From: Fidelibacterota bacterium
GTDB taxonomy: Bacteria > Fidelibacterota > Marinisomatia > Marinisomatales > JABMOV01
Length of the DNA: 19,133 bases
Assembly (NCBI GenBank): GCA_046861395.1
Contig: JBHHUC010000038.1
Location: forward strand, 1-19,133
Reading direction: 5' to 3'
The translations under genes and the position numbers were made by a program. Every line of letters starts with the position of its first letter. Within the stretch, counting starts at the first letter, position 1. Below are positions 17,958 through 19,133 of this stretch, one piece after another. The notes beneath the pieces are model-generated. The model was given only the letters and a program-made list of their open reading frames with translations, did no database searches and was not told where the DNA came from.

Positions 17958-17987
17958 CTCCCCGAGGGGTAAGGAGTAAAGCACTAC

Positions 17988-19133
17988 ATGAAGTTCAGAA
18001 TTATTCTAGGCAGTCTTCTCTTTGTTTCTATACTTGCGGCACAACCCGGCACTGTATCCGCCAACGAAGCCGTTGGACCAACGCTGGTGACGGTCCATGC
18101 CGAAGATGCCCATTTACCCAGCATCCTGGCCGTACTGGCCAAGGAAAGCGGATACAATATTGTCACCGATCCCAACGTGAATCGGCAGGATAAAATTTCC
18201 ATTCATATTGATGATGTTCCCATCGAACAGGCGATTAACTTGGTGGTACGAGCCGTCGGATTAAGTTATGAAGTGGTCGGAAATTCATTTCTGATTGCCG
18301 AAACGAAAAAACTGAAGGAAGAAGTGGGTATCACGTCGCATGTCATTACGCTGAAATATGCCAACGCCGAAGAGGTGAAGGAATTCTTGAGCGATTTGAC
18401 CAAACAGATTCAGGTCGATGTTTCCGGTAATAAATTATTGATTAACGCTTCACCGAAAAAAATTGCGGAGATTGAGGAAGTGGTGAAGGAAATCGATGTT
18501 CCTGCCTTGCAGATCATGTTGCAAACCCGCCTCATTGAAGTTGGCGTTGACGTGGAAGAGAATCTGGGCATCGATTGGTCCCGTTTGGCCAAATATACGA
18601 CAATTCTGGCAGAAAACGGCACACCGACCACGCCGGGCGGCGGATCGGTTCTTCCTCCGGGGAATAACCTGGGAGAATTACCACCAACGATGAATTACGA
18701 CCGGTTAAACTGGAACGGAGCCAACGACCAGAATTTCATTCCCACTCATTTTAGCCGCCAGTTGACCGCCTTTGATGTTACACTGGATTTTTTGGTGAAA
18801 GACAATAAAGCGGAAATTCTGGCCGATTCAAAATTGACGACATTGAATGGTCGGGAAGCATCCATTCAACTTCTGGATATTGTTCCCTATATCCTCAGTT
18901 CAGGCGGTGTCGGAGGACAGGTACAGGTCCAACGGGAAGAAGTGGGGATTAAGTTGAATATTGCCCCCACGGTCAATACCGACGGTTATATTACCGTGAA
19001 AGTGGAACCGGAAGTGTCATCAATCTTTGATTTCATCGGTCCCGATAAAAACATTCCCCGGGTCAAGAGCCGCCGTTCATCCACGACCATTCGCGTCAAG
19101 GATGGAGAATCGATCGTTATCGGTGGTTTAATC
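17988..19133 (+). CDS. pilQ: PilQ/GspD-family secretin, 3'-truncated by the window edge
   Basis: Translated by hand from ATG 17988 (SD AAGGAG): signal peptide MKFRIILGSLLFVSILAA, N0-like domain (LPSILAVLAKESGYNIV...DVPIEQAINLV), one N domain (ITLKYANAEEV...NKLLINASP..IAEIEEVVKEIDVP), then secretin core (QIMLQTRLIEV, LGIDW, TLNGREASI, VGIKLNIAPTV, IRVKDGESIVIGGLI). Missing from the ORF track because there is no stop in the window. Confidence 0.92.
   Translation, partial: MKFRIILGSLLFVSILAAQPGTVSANEAVGPTLVTVHAEDAHLPSILAVLAKESGYNIVTDPNVNRQDKISIHIDDVPIEQAINLVVRAVGLSYEVVGNSFLIAETKKLKEEVGITSHVITLKYANAEEVKEFLSDLTKQIQVDVSGNKLLINASPKKIAEIEEVVKEIDVPALQIMLQTRLIEVGVDVEENLGIDWSRLAKYTTILAENGTPTTPGGGSVLPPGNNLGELPPTMNYDRLNWNGANDQNFIPTHFSRQLTAFDVTLDFLVKDNKAEILADSKLTTLNGREASIQLLDIVPYILSSGGVGGQVQVQREEVGIKLNIAPTVNTDGYITVKVEPEVSSIFDFIGPDKNIPRVKSRRSSTTIRVKDGESIVIGGLI

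Noticed and set aside
429..18693. Numerous short alternative-frame and antisense ORFs in the track
   Set aside because: They lie within well-supported longer genes and show no motifs; treated as shadow ORFs.

Overview
Bacterial chromosomal window with no mobile element or CRISPR array. From left to right it holds: the 3' end of a SPOR-domain gene and a tRNA-Sec (selC) gene, both missed by the ORF track; a convergent 2080-aa cytoplasmic hybrid sensor kinase (about 9 PAS, 2 GAF, HisKA, HATPase_c, REC); a group III-like 6-phosphofructokinase; a divergent aldo/keto reductase-yciH(SUI1)-pip operon; and an AT-rich 400-bp intergenic region with several palindromes. A compact type IVa pilus operon follows: pilin, pilT, PilV-, PilW- and giant PilX-like minor pilins, pilM/N/O/P-like genes and a secretin running off the window end. 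The most notable points are a PilV-like gene whose prepilin signal can only be made from a non-AUG/GUG/UUG start (probably ATC behind a good SD), a Cys-free pilin with the 'e-pilin' aromatic pattern, a 733-aa PilX-like protein that may replace PilY1, a structurally atypical tRNA-Sec, two abutting 21-bp perfect palindromes upstream of the pilus operon, and a 10-bp inverted repeat containing both start codons of the divergent pfk/AKR pair. All family calls come from motif recognition by eye; no searches were run.
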